Positions 20,206 to 29,418 of a DNA stretch of 64,000 nt are shown here, one piece after another (position 1 is the first letter of the stretch; each line of letters begins with the position of its first letter). The position numbers were made by a program, and so were the translations under genes. The notes beneath the pieces were generated by a model. It was not told where the DNA came from. It worked only from the letters and a program-made list of their open reading frames with translations, and did not search any database. The DNA is from a virus (Duplodnaviria; Caudoviricetes). The stretch lies in the IMG/VR virus record IMGVR_UViG_3300043177_000122, positions 192,001 through 256,000 of that record. One strand, 5' to 3'.

Positions 20206-20595
20206 ATGCCAACTGAAAAAGAAATTGTGGATGCCGTAAAAACTCATCAAGGTTCCGGAAAAACTTTTGCTGAATTTTTAGCAGAAGTTTTTAAGGACAA
20301 GTTTATTGAAATTTATGTTGGCGACTCTTATGAGGACGTAAGTACCGAACAGGTATCCACTACTTATCCCGCTGTATTTTGTGGTAAAGTTGTATCAGCT
20401 TATCGTGAATGTCTTATTGTTAACTGTGCATTCGTAACTAGAAATAAAACTTTAACGCTTGGTAATATTATGTTTATTAATGAAAGAGCCATAAGAGCGC
20501 TTAATGAAATTGATGGCAATGGTACCTTAGAAGAAATGATGCTTAGAAGTAAAGAATCTTTAGAAATCAGAGAAAGATTTATCCTTAACAAATGA
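20206..20595 (+). CDS. Hypothetical protein, possible Sm-like fold
   Basis: FIEIYVG...FCGKVVSAYRECLIV...MFINERAIRAL beta pattern. Confidence 0.45.
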   Translation: MPTEKEIVDAVKTHQGSGKTFAEFLAEVFKDKFIEIYVGDSYEDVSTEQVSTTYPAVFCGKVVSAYRECLIVNCAFVTRNKTLTLGNIMFINERAIRALNEIDGNGTLEEMMLRSKESLEIRERFILNK

Positions 20596-20603
20596 AGTGA
20601 AAA

Positions 20604-21356
20604 ATGACTAACTTGGACGATATCCTACAGCTTGCCAGCACTTATGAAGAACAGTGCTTACAGGGTCTGGTGAAGTTGGCAAAGATTCGCCAACTACCAG
20701 ATGGTAGTTATCGTGTACTTTCTCAAAAAGGCAAAGATTTAGGTACGTATAAATCTAGAAAGGCCGCCGAGAAACGTTTGCGTCAAGTAGAATTTTTTAA
20801 ACATCTTGATAAATCTAAAGCAGATGATCAAGGAAACGCTATTGCGGCTATTGATTTAACTAAGGCTGATGAGTTTAGTTATTCTGCTATTATGCGCAAG
20901 CTACGTCAAAAAGCTAGTCCTGAGCAAGTAAAAACATTCCTTACTTTGTTTAAATCTCAATTTGATAGAGCTGTGAAAAACAAAGTTCACAAACCAGAGA
21001 GAATAGCACTACAAAATGCTATCATCAAGTTTCATAAAATCCATCCCATCAAACTTGACAAGAAAATGGTTAAATGTGCAGCTATTGCCGAATTGGGCAG
21101 CCCTGATAGTGTGGGCAAGTACTTATCTGACATTGTTAAGTTTATGTTGTTTAGATTGCCAGTTCAAAAACGTCCAAGAGCAGCACAGATATTGAAACAA
21201 AAATTCTTAGTACTCAGTGAGAATGCTATTGCTGGCAAGAAAATGCCAGCAGCTTCTGTGTATGGTCAAGCTATTACGTTTATTAAGCATGTACTATTTA
21301 ATCAAGATGCTACTTATATTAGAAACGTACTAAATAGTTTATCGAGGAACTTATGA
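20604..21356 (+). CDS. Hypothetical basic protein
   Basis: LVKLA/K then basic domain YRVLSQKGKDLGTYKSRKAAEKRLRQVEFFKH. Confidence 0.6.
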   Translation: MTNLDDILQLASTYEEQCLQGLVKLAKIRQLPDGSYRVLSQKGKDLGTYKSRKAAEKRLRQVEFFKHLDKSKADDQGNAIAAIDLTKADEFSYSAIMRKLRQKASPEQVKTFLTLFKSQFDRAVKNKVHKPERIALQNAIIKFHKIHPIKLDKKMVKCAAIAELGSPDSVGKYLSDIVKFMLFRLPVQKRPRAAQILKQKFLVLSENAIAGKKMPAASVYGQAITFIKHVLFNQDATYIRNVLNSLSRNL

Positions 21357-22123
21357 TCATAAGATTTCGTCCAGTTATTCCTGGCATTTTATATCGTGGT
21401 TCAGCTCCAACACCAAGAGATGTATTAGAGTTAAAAGATAAACTAGGAATCAAAAAAATCATCAGCCTTGACAAAAATGCAGGCGAGAAAATCTCTCGCA
21501 CATGTAAGATGTTAGGTATTAATCAGGTCAAATTATATATAGATCATAATAGAAAGAGCTTATATCATTTTTTATCACAAGATATAAAAAAACTATTTCT
21601 ACAAGATGGCCCTACTTTTATTCACTGTCAACAGGGTAAAGATAGAACTGGATTAGCATCTGCATTAGTTAAATGTAAATTTCTAGGAGTAGATCCGGAA
21701 AAAGCAATTCAAGAAGCAAAATCATTAGGATTTGGTATTGGTTTACCAGAAAAAACAGTAAAAACTTTCGAGAAGATCATTAGACACTGTAAGCCAGAGA
21801 AAGATATTAATAACGCTGATATAGTGTCTTTAGAGAGGGAATATAAGAGCGATCCTCGTGATTCTTTCTTAGATGAAGCACATCAAGGATCATTCGCCCC
21901 GCACTTGGATCCTACCAAACAATATCCAATGGATGCGGTTTATCCATATATAAATGACCAATCACCTACTCGCCAAAATTATCCAGATACATCATTATTC
22001 TGGCATGATCCTGAGAAGGGTAATGTAATTCCTAATGTTGGTGAATTCGATAATGATGCTGGTCAAAGGGGTTTCGGTCCAACAGAAAACTACAACGGTT
22101 TCTTTTCAGAGGTAGGCCACTGA
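21353..22123 (+). CDS. Cys-based (PTP/dual-specificity) phosphatase with C-terminal extension
   Basis: ILYRGSAP and P-loop IHCQQGKDRTG (CX5R). Confidence 0.85.
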   Translation: MIIRFRPVIPGILYRGSAPTPRDVLELKDKLGIKKIISLDKNAGEKISRTCKMLGINQVKLYIDHNRKSLYHFLSQDIKKLFLQDGPTFIHCQQGKDRTGLASALVKCKFLGVDPEKAIQEAKSLGFGIGLPEKTVKTFEKIIRHCKPEKDINNADIVSLEREYKSDPRDSFLDEAHQGSFAPHLDPTKQYPMDAVYPYINDQSPTRQNYPDTSLFWHDPEKGNVIPNVGEFDNDAGQRGFGPTENYNGFFSEVGH

Positions 22124-22774
22124 ATGATTAAAAAATCTTATTCTGTACAAATGAGTTATGACGTGTCTGATAGCGAAAAGCATCAGGCAGAAAAGGCTCT
22201 TGTGTATTTTAAGGCTGCCAAAAAGTATCTTGTACAAGCCTCAGATCATCTAAACATCATGAAAACTCCATTTAAGGATAATCAGGATGTAACGCCAGAA
22301 GAGATTATTAAATCACGTGCTGTTATTAGGCGCTTCCGTGATAAGGCTATTGAAAATTTTGATAAGTTTAAAAAGGCGGCATTTGATTGTGTTAATCTAA
22401 TGCAAACATTCTCTAGTGATACTCAAACTCTTAAATTAATGAAATCATTCATTTCATCAGTTGACGATCTAGAAGTTAGTGTTAATCAGTTTGCTGAACT
22501 ATTTGATGATTTACAGTCTAAAGAGTTCTCAAAAGATGTAGTTACGGCAATAGAAGGCATTCAAAAGCAATGTGATGAGATTGATGAAATTATTGATGAA
22601 AGAATCAAATCTCATATTCAAACGAATATTCTAGCTACTAGTTGGGTAGATGCTATTAGCAATGATTTGCAGATGAAAATAGAGAAGAAAACACCATTAA
22701 TTGTAGATCTTTATAATCAAAGACAAGAACAATTAAATGATGCAGTAGAGGAAAGGAATACCACCAGAGAGTAA
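22124..22774 (+). CDS. Hypothetical coiled-coil protein
   Basis: 216-aa ORF abutting previous stop. Confidence 0.6.
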   Translation: MIKKSYSVQMSYDVSDSEKHQAEKALVYFKAAKKYLVQASDHLNIMKTPFKDNQDVTPEEIIKSRAVIRRFRDKAIENFDKFKKAAFDCVNLMQTFSSDTQTLKLMKSFISSVDDLEVSVNQFAELFDDLQSKEFSKDVVTAIEGIQKQCDEIDEIIDERIKSHIQTNILATSWVDAISNDLQMKIEKKTPLIVDLYNQRQEQLNDAVEERNTTRE

Positions 22775-22781
22775 GAGATGG

Positions 22782-22796
22782 TAATATCGCTGTATA
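22782..22796 (+). promoter_or_regulatory. Putative phage late promoter TAATA-N5-GTATA
   Basis: TAATATCGCTGTATA; near-identical copy at 30760; related copies at 40803, 63940, 37252, 11562, 17821, all intergenic. Confidence 0.5.
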
Positions 22797-22877
22797 ATAG
22801 ATGAAGTTTTCGGGTTCAAACCGGAAATTTGTAGCAATATTATATTATACCTGTGTGGCCTCCCATTTGGAGAGTTT

Positions 22878-23033
22878 ATGTTTATTAAACACGGTGATGG
22901 AAAAATATTAAACGTCGTAGACGGTGAAGAGCTGACTGAAGAGCAGAAGAAAGCTGTCAAAAACGTGTCTAAAGAGTTCGTCAAACAATCTGATGAGTCG
23001 ACTGATTCTGTAAAAAAGAAGTCAGGGAGCTAA
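22878..23033 (+). CDS. 51-aa protein (below ORF-track cutoff)
   Basis: GGAG SD; MFIKHGDGKILNVVDGEELTEEQKKAVKNVSKEF...KKKSGS; ends 5 nt before protease start. Confidence 0.6.
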   Translation: MFIKHGDGKILNVVDGEELTEEQKKAVKNVSKEFVKQSDESTDSVKKKSGS

Positions 23034-23038
23034 TATAC

Positions 23039-26000
23039 ATGGTTATTGTTAAATTAGGCGAAGCCCACGAGATTAAATTGGAGAGTGTAGAGTCATGTCT
23101 TCCAGAAGTAAGCGCTGAGGTTTTAGAAAACTTCAAGAAGTTTGCAACTAATCTAAAGAAGATTGCCCCTAAAGCTGAAGACTTTCTATATTTCTCCGCT
23201 GTCATGATGCATGCAGCCGAAGCATCTGCATTAAATGAAGACGGTACACCTAGATTAACACTTAAAGGCGAACCAGTACAAGTAGGTTGGGACACTAGTG
23301 GTGGTACATGGAAATGGGCCAGTAATGATCCAAATGTTCGCCCATATAAGAATTCTAATGGCGATATATTTCCAGAAGCCGAACTAATTAAAGCTTACAA
23401 GAAATGGAAGCACAAGCCTCTTTGCGTGGATCATAAATCAAGTTCCGTAGAACACGTAAGAGGATTTATTGTTGATACCTATTATGATCGCAATCTCAAG
23501 AGAGTAATTGCATTATGCGCCTTAGATAAGGCAGGATTCCCTCAATTAGCTAGACAAATTTCAACAGGCGTTTCTAACTGTGTATCCATGGGCACCGCAG
23601 TAGGAAGAGCTATTTGTTATGATTGTGGTAGAGTCGCTCGTGCAGAGGCAGACTTCTGTAATCATATGAAAAACAAGACTTGCTACGGTGAAATTAACGT
23701 AGACCTCAACCCGATTGAGTTATCTATCGTTGTAAATGGTGCTGATCCTAGAGCCAACATCAAAAACATTATCGCCGCAGCTAATACCATGAACACTTAT
23801 CTAGAAAACCGTGCTAAGGAACTAGAAAAGGTGGCATCATCCTATCAAGCTACTATTATCAAGAGTAACGAGACAGGTGGTGCAGAGGTATCTGACACTA
23901 ATTCCATTACTGTCAGGGGTGAATCATTAGAGTCTTTCAAGCAAGATTTTGAACGAGGACTAGAAGAATTAGAGTCTCTTAATTCAAAATTTTCTCAAAA
24001 AGGTACTAATTCTTCAGCATCTAATCAATCGTCGGGGTCGATTGCCACGGATGACGGCGCACCCACGGATTCAGGATTGGCTCTCCAAACTCCGCAAACT
24101 AACAGGTTTGCATCCGCAGATGTAGAGGCGGAATCATTAGCTGAGCTTCAGCAAGTAACTGCGTCAATCGAAGCAACGCTAAGTCAAATGAAAAAGAGCT
24201 TGGATAAGTTAGCTAAAACTACTTCTACAAAAACACAAGAGGAAAATATGTCTGGATCAAAAGAAATTAATAAGCAAGCTTATTTCCAGGGTGGTGGTGG
24301 CGTTAATGAGCCAACTCCAGGTCAAGTTAAGTATCCAAAAGACGGGCTCAATGAGCAGCTTCGTGAGAACGAGGACAAGCACATGTTGGGTCAGCCTCCT
24401 TTCCCTGAGGTAGGTCCAGTCAATGGAATGCACCCTTCACCAGCTTCGGCTGATCCTTCTGGAGAGTTAGAGCGTAAGAAAATGCTTGCTCGTGCAGAAG
24501 CAGAAGAGCGTGCTCTCAAGCGTAACTCTATTGTAAATATGGTTAAGGATACCTTGAAGAACAAAGAGGCTTACTGGCAAGGCGCTGGTGGTGTTAACGA
24601 GCCAACACCAGGTAAAGTTAAGTATCCAAAGGATAAGCTAAACGAAGAGCTTCGTGATTACGAAGATAAGCAGATGGTTGGCCAATCACCATTCCCAGGT
24701 GTTGGACCAGTTGATGGTATGCATCCATCTCCAGCTTCTGCCGATCCTAAGGATGAACTAAAGCGTAAGCAGATGCTTGCTCGTGCTCAATTAAGAGCAA
24801 GATTTGTTAAAGCTGCCAATGGCGATGGTACTCAGAACAAAGCAAAAAGTGCTTGGGAAGTATTCCTAGGCGATAAGCTATTGCTTACTGCTTCTGTTGA
24901 TGAATTAGCTGGTGGAAATACTGCTGTCCTATATGACTCAATTGCAACTAAAGAATTTGGTGCCAAATTGATCGAAAAGGTTAAGGTACAAGGCGCTGAT
25001 GCAGTATCTAAGCTAATTAAGAAGGCACAGGCAACTCCTCCAGCTCCTCCAGCCGGCCCACCAGGTGATCCATCTAGCGCTACTCCAGGTGATATGGGTG
25101 GTGGCGATGCAGGCGGGCCTCCAGTAGAAGATGCTGGTAACTCTGGCGATCCAAAGCAACAAGCTTTAGATTTGGCTGAGAAAAATGTACAGATCAGCTC
25201 TGATTTGCAAGAGGCCGTTCGCGCTCTAACTGGCGAAAAAGCTGAAATGGGTAACTCAGATGCTGGCGGCGCAGCCCCAATGGCCGCTGATGACAGCAAA
25301 GAGTCTACTGCTTCTGATAAGTTTAGTTCAGCTACTCTGAACACTTTAAGAAGAGAACTTAATGGCGCACTAACTCATGCTATGAAGGAATCTATTGCAG
25401 AACTTGCAGAACACAAGCAAGAACTAGATATGATTGTTGGTATGTATGATAAGGGTGCTGTAACTCCGAACAACCAGGAATTTGTAGGAGCTATTGTAGA
25501 AGATGCTTTTAATGAGGCCAAGACTGCTATGGCAGATGGTTTCAAGTTAATGGCAGCTTTCGTTAAGTATGCTCGTGGTACTAAGGCCATTGTCAAGCGT
25601 GCTGAAATTGAATCAGAATTGCAAGCACTAGCCGAAGGAGATACCGAAATGAGCGACGAAAAAGATAGTCACTCCGCAGACGGCGGTGACTTGATGGATC
25701 TAATCAACGATACCAACGCAGATTTGGATGCCGTTCAAGAGATGATGGGTGATGATCAAGATCATGAATATCATGAAGGTGGCCTAGATTCACTTCTAGA
25801 AACCGATCCAATGGTCACTGATGAGCCACTAGCTATTGAAAATGAAGACCCTCTTACAGGTTTGGCTGACGACAATGATATCATCTTTGAACAAGGTGAG
25901 AAAATTCCACCAGAGTTGGCCGGAAAGAAGTTGACTATGGCATCTTATGATGATAGAGCAGGCCGCGCTGCCCTCAGGGCCAAGTTAGCTGCCGATGCTC

Positions 26001-26707
26001 TTGGTAAGGAAGAAGACGGAGAAATCCAGGATATGTCCAAGCAGAAGTTTAGTGACATGTTAGATGCTTCCCAGAAGCACACTGATGGTCAAACTGAATT
26101 GGACGTTAAGCCATCCGATAATCTCGGATTGGTAGAAACTGTTCAAGAAGTGAACAAGGCCATGATGGAAGTTGCAAAGGTTCCACCAAAGGTTCGTAAA
26201 GAAGCAGAAGTCATTCAGAAGTTAGTTTCTGAAGGCAAGCTTGATCCAAAAGACGTAGATGCTCTAGCATCCTACGGATTGGATGGTGAAGCAGTTGCTT
26301 ACTGGAAGAAGTACTTTGGTGAGGTTGAAGGCGGAAGCGAATTTGCCAGTGAAATGGTAAAGGAGCATGTCAAGTCTGCAATGGAAGAAGAACTTAACCA
26401 GTTCCGTGTCAAGTTAGCTCGTGCATACGAATTAGCTTATGATATGGCTGACCGTGGTCTCTGCTCTCACAATAGAGCAACCATCTCTGATCAGGTTGAT
26501 CAAATTATGAAGTTCAATGATGATGCATTCGAATCTCTAAAGAAGGTTGTTGCTCGTCATGAACCAGGTGTTCTCCGTAAGACAGTAGGTACCATTCCAC
26601 AAGTTGGTCTCAGAGTTGATGGAGAATTCTCTCCAGCTCAAGCAGTAGAGGATGACTCTTACGCCCAGTTGTCAGCCCTCTTTGGTAACAAAAAGGGTGT
26701 GTTCTAA
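23039..26707 (+). CDS. Prohead (maturation) protease fused to long scaffold/core region
   Basis: KPLCVDH, VSMG, PIELSIVVNGADP (HK97/assemblin-type motifs) with CxxC...CxH insert; long acidic helical C-terminal part. Confidence 0.75.
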   Translation: MVIVKLGEAHEIKLESVESCLPEVSAEVLENFKKFATNLKKIAPKAEDFLYFSAVMMHAAEASALNEDGTPRLTLKGEPVQVGWDTSGGTWKWASNDPNVRPYKNSNGDIFPEAELIKAYKKWKHKPLCVDHKSSSVEHVRGFIVDTYYDRNLKRVIALCALDKAGFPQLARQISTGVSNCVSMGTAVGRAICYDCGRVARAEADFCNHMKNKTCYGEINVDLNPIELSIVVNGADPRANIKNIIAAANTMNTYLENRAKELEKVASSYQATIIKSNETGGAEVSDTNSITVRGESLESFKQDFERGLEELESLNSKFSQKGTNSSASNQSSGSIATDDGAPTDSGLALQTPQTNRFASADVEAESLAELQQVTASIEATLSQMKKSLDKLAKTTSTKTQEENMSGSKEINKQAYFQGGGGVNEPTPGQVKYPKDGLNEQLRENEDKHMLGQPPFPEVGPVNGMHPSPASADPSGELERKKMLARAEAEERALKRNSIVNMVKDTLKNKEAYWQGAGGVNEPTPGKVKYPKDKLNEELRDYEDKQMVGQSPFPGVGPVDGMHPSPASADPKDELKRKQMLARAQLRARFVKAANGDGTQNKAKSAWEVFLGDKLLLTASVDELAGGNTAVLYDSIATKEFGAKLIEKVKVQGADAVSKLIKKAQATPPAPPAGPPGDPSSATPGDMGGGDAGGPPVEDAGNSGDPKQQALDLAEKNVQISSDLQEAVRALTGEKAEMGNSDAGGAAPMAADDSKESTASDKFSSATLNTLRRELNGALTHAMKESIAELAEHKQELDMIVGMYDKGAVTPNNQEFVGAIVEDAFNEAKTAMADGFKLMAAFVKYARGTKAIVKRAEIESELQALAEGDTEMSDEKDSHSADGGDLMDLINDTNADLDAVQEMMGDDQDHEYHEGGLDSLLETDPMVTDEPLAIENEDPLTGLADDNDIIFEQGEKIPPELAGKKLTMASYDDRAGRAALRAKLAADALGKEEDGEIQDMSKQKFSDMLDASQKHTDGQTELDVKPSDNLGLVETVQEVNKAMMEVAKVPPKVRKEAEVIQKLVSEGKLDPKDVDALASYGLDGEAVAYWKKYFGEVEGGSEFASEMVKEHVKSAMEEELNQFRVKLARAYELAYDMADRGLCSHNRATISDQVDQIMKFNDDAFESLKKVVARHEPGVLRKTVGTIPQVGLRVDGEFSPAQAVEDDSYAQLSALFGNKKGVF

Positions 26708-26730
26708 AGCAACATAGAACGGGGATACAA

Positions 26731-27336
26731 ATGAAAAACCAAAGCGTATCAGATTTTGTAGCTGCAACAATGGATGCAGTTCTAAACAGCAAAGAACACA
26801 AGTCTCTATTTGATGTTCAGTACAAGTATGCCCAAGACATGAATGCTGCAAAGGATTCATGCAAGAAGTGTGGTAGTGGCCATTCTGACAAGGATTCTTG
26901 TATGGCAGATGATAACGATGCACGTAAATCTAAGAAAGATGACGAGGACGAGTCTTCAGCTTGGGACGATAACGATGCTCGCAAGAAGAAGGATGATGAG
27001 GATGATAAGAAGGATGACAGTGATGCATCTGATAGCCTTGAACCTTCTGTTGCTTTCGATGTCGCTATCGATAGTCTATTAACTGCCTCCGCAGCTCTTG
27101 ACCAAGTCGGCCTTGAACGTGGTTCTGCTCTTGTTCTAAAGATTGCTTCTTTGACTGTTGAAGCTAAGAAGAAGGATAAGAAGGATTCTCAGTCTGCTAA
27201 AGACAAGAAATCCGACAAGAAGGATTCCAAGAAGTCTGATAAGAAGGACTCTCAGTCTGCTAAAGACAAGAAGTCTGACAAGAAAGACTCTAAGAAAGAC
27301 TCTAAGAAAGACGATAAGAAATCTTCTAAGAAGTAA
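26731..27336 (+). CDS. Lys/Asp/Ser low-complexity protein, possible DNA-condensing core protein
   Basis: YKYA/Q; C-terminal KKDSKKSDKK repeats. Confidence 0.6.
   Translation: MKNQSVSDFVAATMDAVLNSKEHKSLFDVQYKYAQDMNAAKDSCKKCGSGHSDKDSCMADDNDARKSKKDDEDESSAWDDNDARKKKDDEDDKKDDSDASDSLEPSVAFDVAIDSLLTASAALDQVGLERGSALVLKIASLTVEAKKKDKKDSQSAKDKKSDKKDSKKSDKKDSQSAKDKKSDKKDSKKDSKKDDKKSSKK
27181..27306 (+). repeat. 63-bp tandem coding repeat
   Basis: AAGGA(T/C)TCTCAGTCTGCTAAAGACAAGAA at 27181 and 27244. Confidence 0.85.
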
Positions 27337-27350
27337 ATTGGATTTAAACA

Positions 27351-27581
27351 ATGTTCAAACAAGGCAGCTTTGAGGACGAACTCTATCGTTCGATGGAGAA
27401 GACTTTAGTCAAAAACCAAACCGAAAATAGACACGGATTCAATAAGTTAGCTAAAGCTGCTGATCTTTTGAATACTGCGGCTGATATTTTTGACCGCGCA
27501 GGTATGCACAAAGAAGCAGAAGAGGTTGTAAAATTGTTACAAGCTCTGGCCATTGATATTAAAGAAGGTCAAAATGGCTAA
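27351..27581 (+). CDS. 76-aa helical protein paralogous to N-terminus of next gene
   Basis: SFEDELYRSME...KAADLLNTAADIFDRAG vs LFENELIAGME...KAADCLHAALEILEEQG. Confidence 0.65.
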   Translation: MFKQGSFEDELYRSMEKTLVKNQTENRHGFNKLAKAADLLNTAADIFDRAGMHKEAEEVVKLLQALAIDIKEGQNG

Positions 27582-28491
27582 GTCGCTTTTCGAAAATGAA
27601 CTAATTGCAGGAATGGAGCAGCAATTGCGCAAGCAAGCCTTGGCTGAGAAGCCGAGCCTTACTAAGGCCGCTGATTGCCTCCATGCCGCTTTAGAAATTC
27701 TTGAAGAACAAGGATTGACTGCCAGGGCCGACCAGCTTTTGCAAATTCTACAAAAGATTGGACAAGCTAATGAAGCCCGTGATGTGCAGGAAATGCCATC
27801 GCTACCAGCATTAATGGAAGCCGGAATGACTCAACGTGATTTCCATGAGTTTTCGAAAGGTAATCCAATAGCAAAAGCGAAGTTCAATCTAGTATTGCGC
27901 AGTTTAGGATACTCTGATCATCAAATTGGTAATTTCATTGGTAAAACCAATGTTATGTCTGAAGATGATGCTAAAGCTGTGTTAGATCCAAATCGTTCTT
28001 TTAGTAAAATTTATGATTGGATGAAAGATCCAACTCAACCAGTAGATCCTACAAGCCCTCAGCCAGGGGAAACTATTTCTATGAAGAGTTTGCCAATCAC
28101 TGTTCCAGGAGACACTATTTCTTTTAAGAGCATGAAAGAACCAACTGTTCCAAACAAAGATGATTTAGTGTTCAAAAGTATTGCCGCTAAAAAACCAGGC
28201 AGGCCAGATAAGCATACTAAAAGATTAACTCCTGAAAAAATGCTTAAGAATTTAGAAGGTCATGGCTTTGTATTTAACTTAGCTGATGATGGTATGTTAG
28301 ATGTACCACCACCATTAGATATGAATAATCTGAAAGAATCGGATTTTGAGCCAGAATTTGGCGAATTTGCGACTTTATTAAAATCCGATATAGATGATTC
28401 TGATGATCTGTTTGCAACAGACATCAACGACACTCTAGAGGTATCAGAAAATGATATTCCAATAGATGATTTCGAGGACGAAAGAGATTAA
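27574..28491 (+). CDS. Hypothetical protein, putative inner-head
   Basis: GAAGG before ATG 27574; LRKQA/L; acidic tail. Confidence 0.6.
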   Translation: MAKSLFENELIAGMEQQLRKQALAEKPSLTKAADCLHAALEILEEQGLTARADQLLQILQKIGQANEARDVQEMPSLPALMEAGMTQRDFHEFSKGNPIAKAKFNLVLRSLGYSDHQIGNFIGKTNVMSEDDAKAVLDPNRSFSKIYDWMKDPTQPVDPTSPQPGETISMKSLPITVPGDTISFKSMKEPTVPNKDDLVFKSIAAKKPGRPDKHTKRLTPEKMLKNLEGHGFVFNLADDGMLDVPPPLDMNNLKESDFEPEFGEFATLLKSDIDDSDDLFATDINDTLEVSENDIPIDDFEDERD

Positions 28492-29327
28492 CTTTTTATA
28501 AATTCTAAATACTTTTTGTATTTTCTCGGTAGATAAATGGTAGCATCTTGATATAACCAATCAAGAATTTTTCTGACTTGAAGATTGCCGCTGACTGATA
28601 ATGTAGTGGTTATTTGATTGGTTTTAGGTCTTGATAATGATTGAGAGCAACTTATATTAAGTTGCTCTTTTAATATTTTGGCCGCTTGCTGACAAAATTG
28701 TTTGGTAGATACAATTTTCCAAATAGTATTAATGGCCTTTTTATTTTTAAATTTGTTTTGATAAATACAACCATTTCCATCACTATAGCCACGTAGAAAA
28801 TGTCTAATTAACTCATTAGGAACTGTTGTAGGAAAATTTAGAATAAGAGATTTATTGGGAACACAGCCATGCGAGATAAGTTGTTCACATATTTCTTTTT
28901 GGTTAATTCGAAAGTACGAGTAGCTATATGGAACTGCCCCAGGAGACTCAACTTTTGATATTTTGATAGGTGAAGATGGAGACATTATATCTCTGAACTT
29001 TTCTAAAATATATTGATCAGTAGATTTGAGTTTAAGAGATATTGTATAAGCATTATTTTTATTTTGGACACACCCATCAGAATAAAGAAATCCTAAGAAG
29101 TATGCCGCCTTCTCATTATTGATATCTTGAAAAAATGATTTATTGATGTCATTGTATATAATCTTTTTACCAATTTTTGTTTTAATTCCATTACGTTTTA
29201 GAATGCCAGAAATGCTTGTTTGAGCACAATTTAGTTGTGCAGCTATTTCCCATTGTTGTTTTCCACTGTTATATAAATTGATAATGGAGCTAATTTCGGA
29301 TTGTGTGAATTTTCTTCGCATAACCAA
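28488..29327 (-). mobile_element. LAGLIDADG homing endonuclease, double motif, N-terminal HTH
   Basis: AYFLGFLYSDG and HFLRGYSDGNG; YLPRKY. Confidence 0.85.
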
Positions 29328-29418
29328 GTATATAACTAATAGTGGTATAGTTGTGATAAGGATAGTTCATGAAAAATAAAAATCTTTGCACGCATTTTGA
29401 AATCTGTAATGATTTCGG

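Noticed and set aside
22807-22827. Hairpin with a GTTCAAA loop resembling a tRNA T-arm
   Set aside because: No acceptor, D or anticodon arms can be built around it
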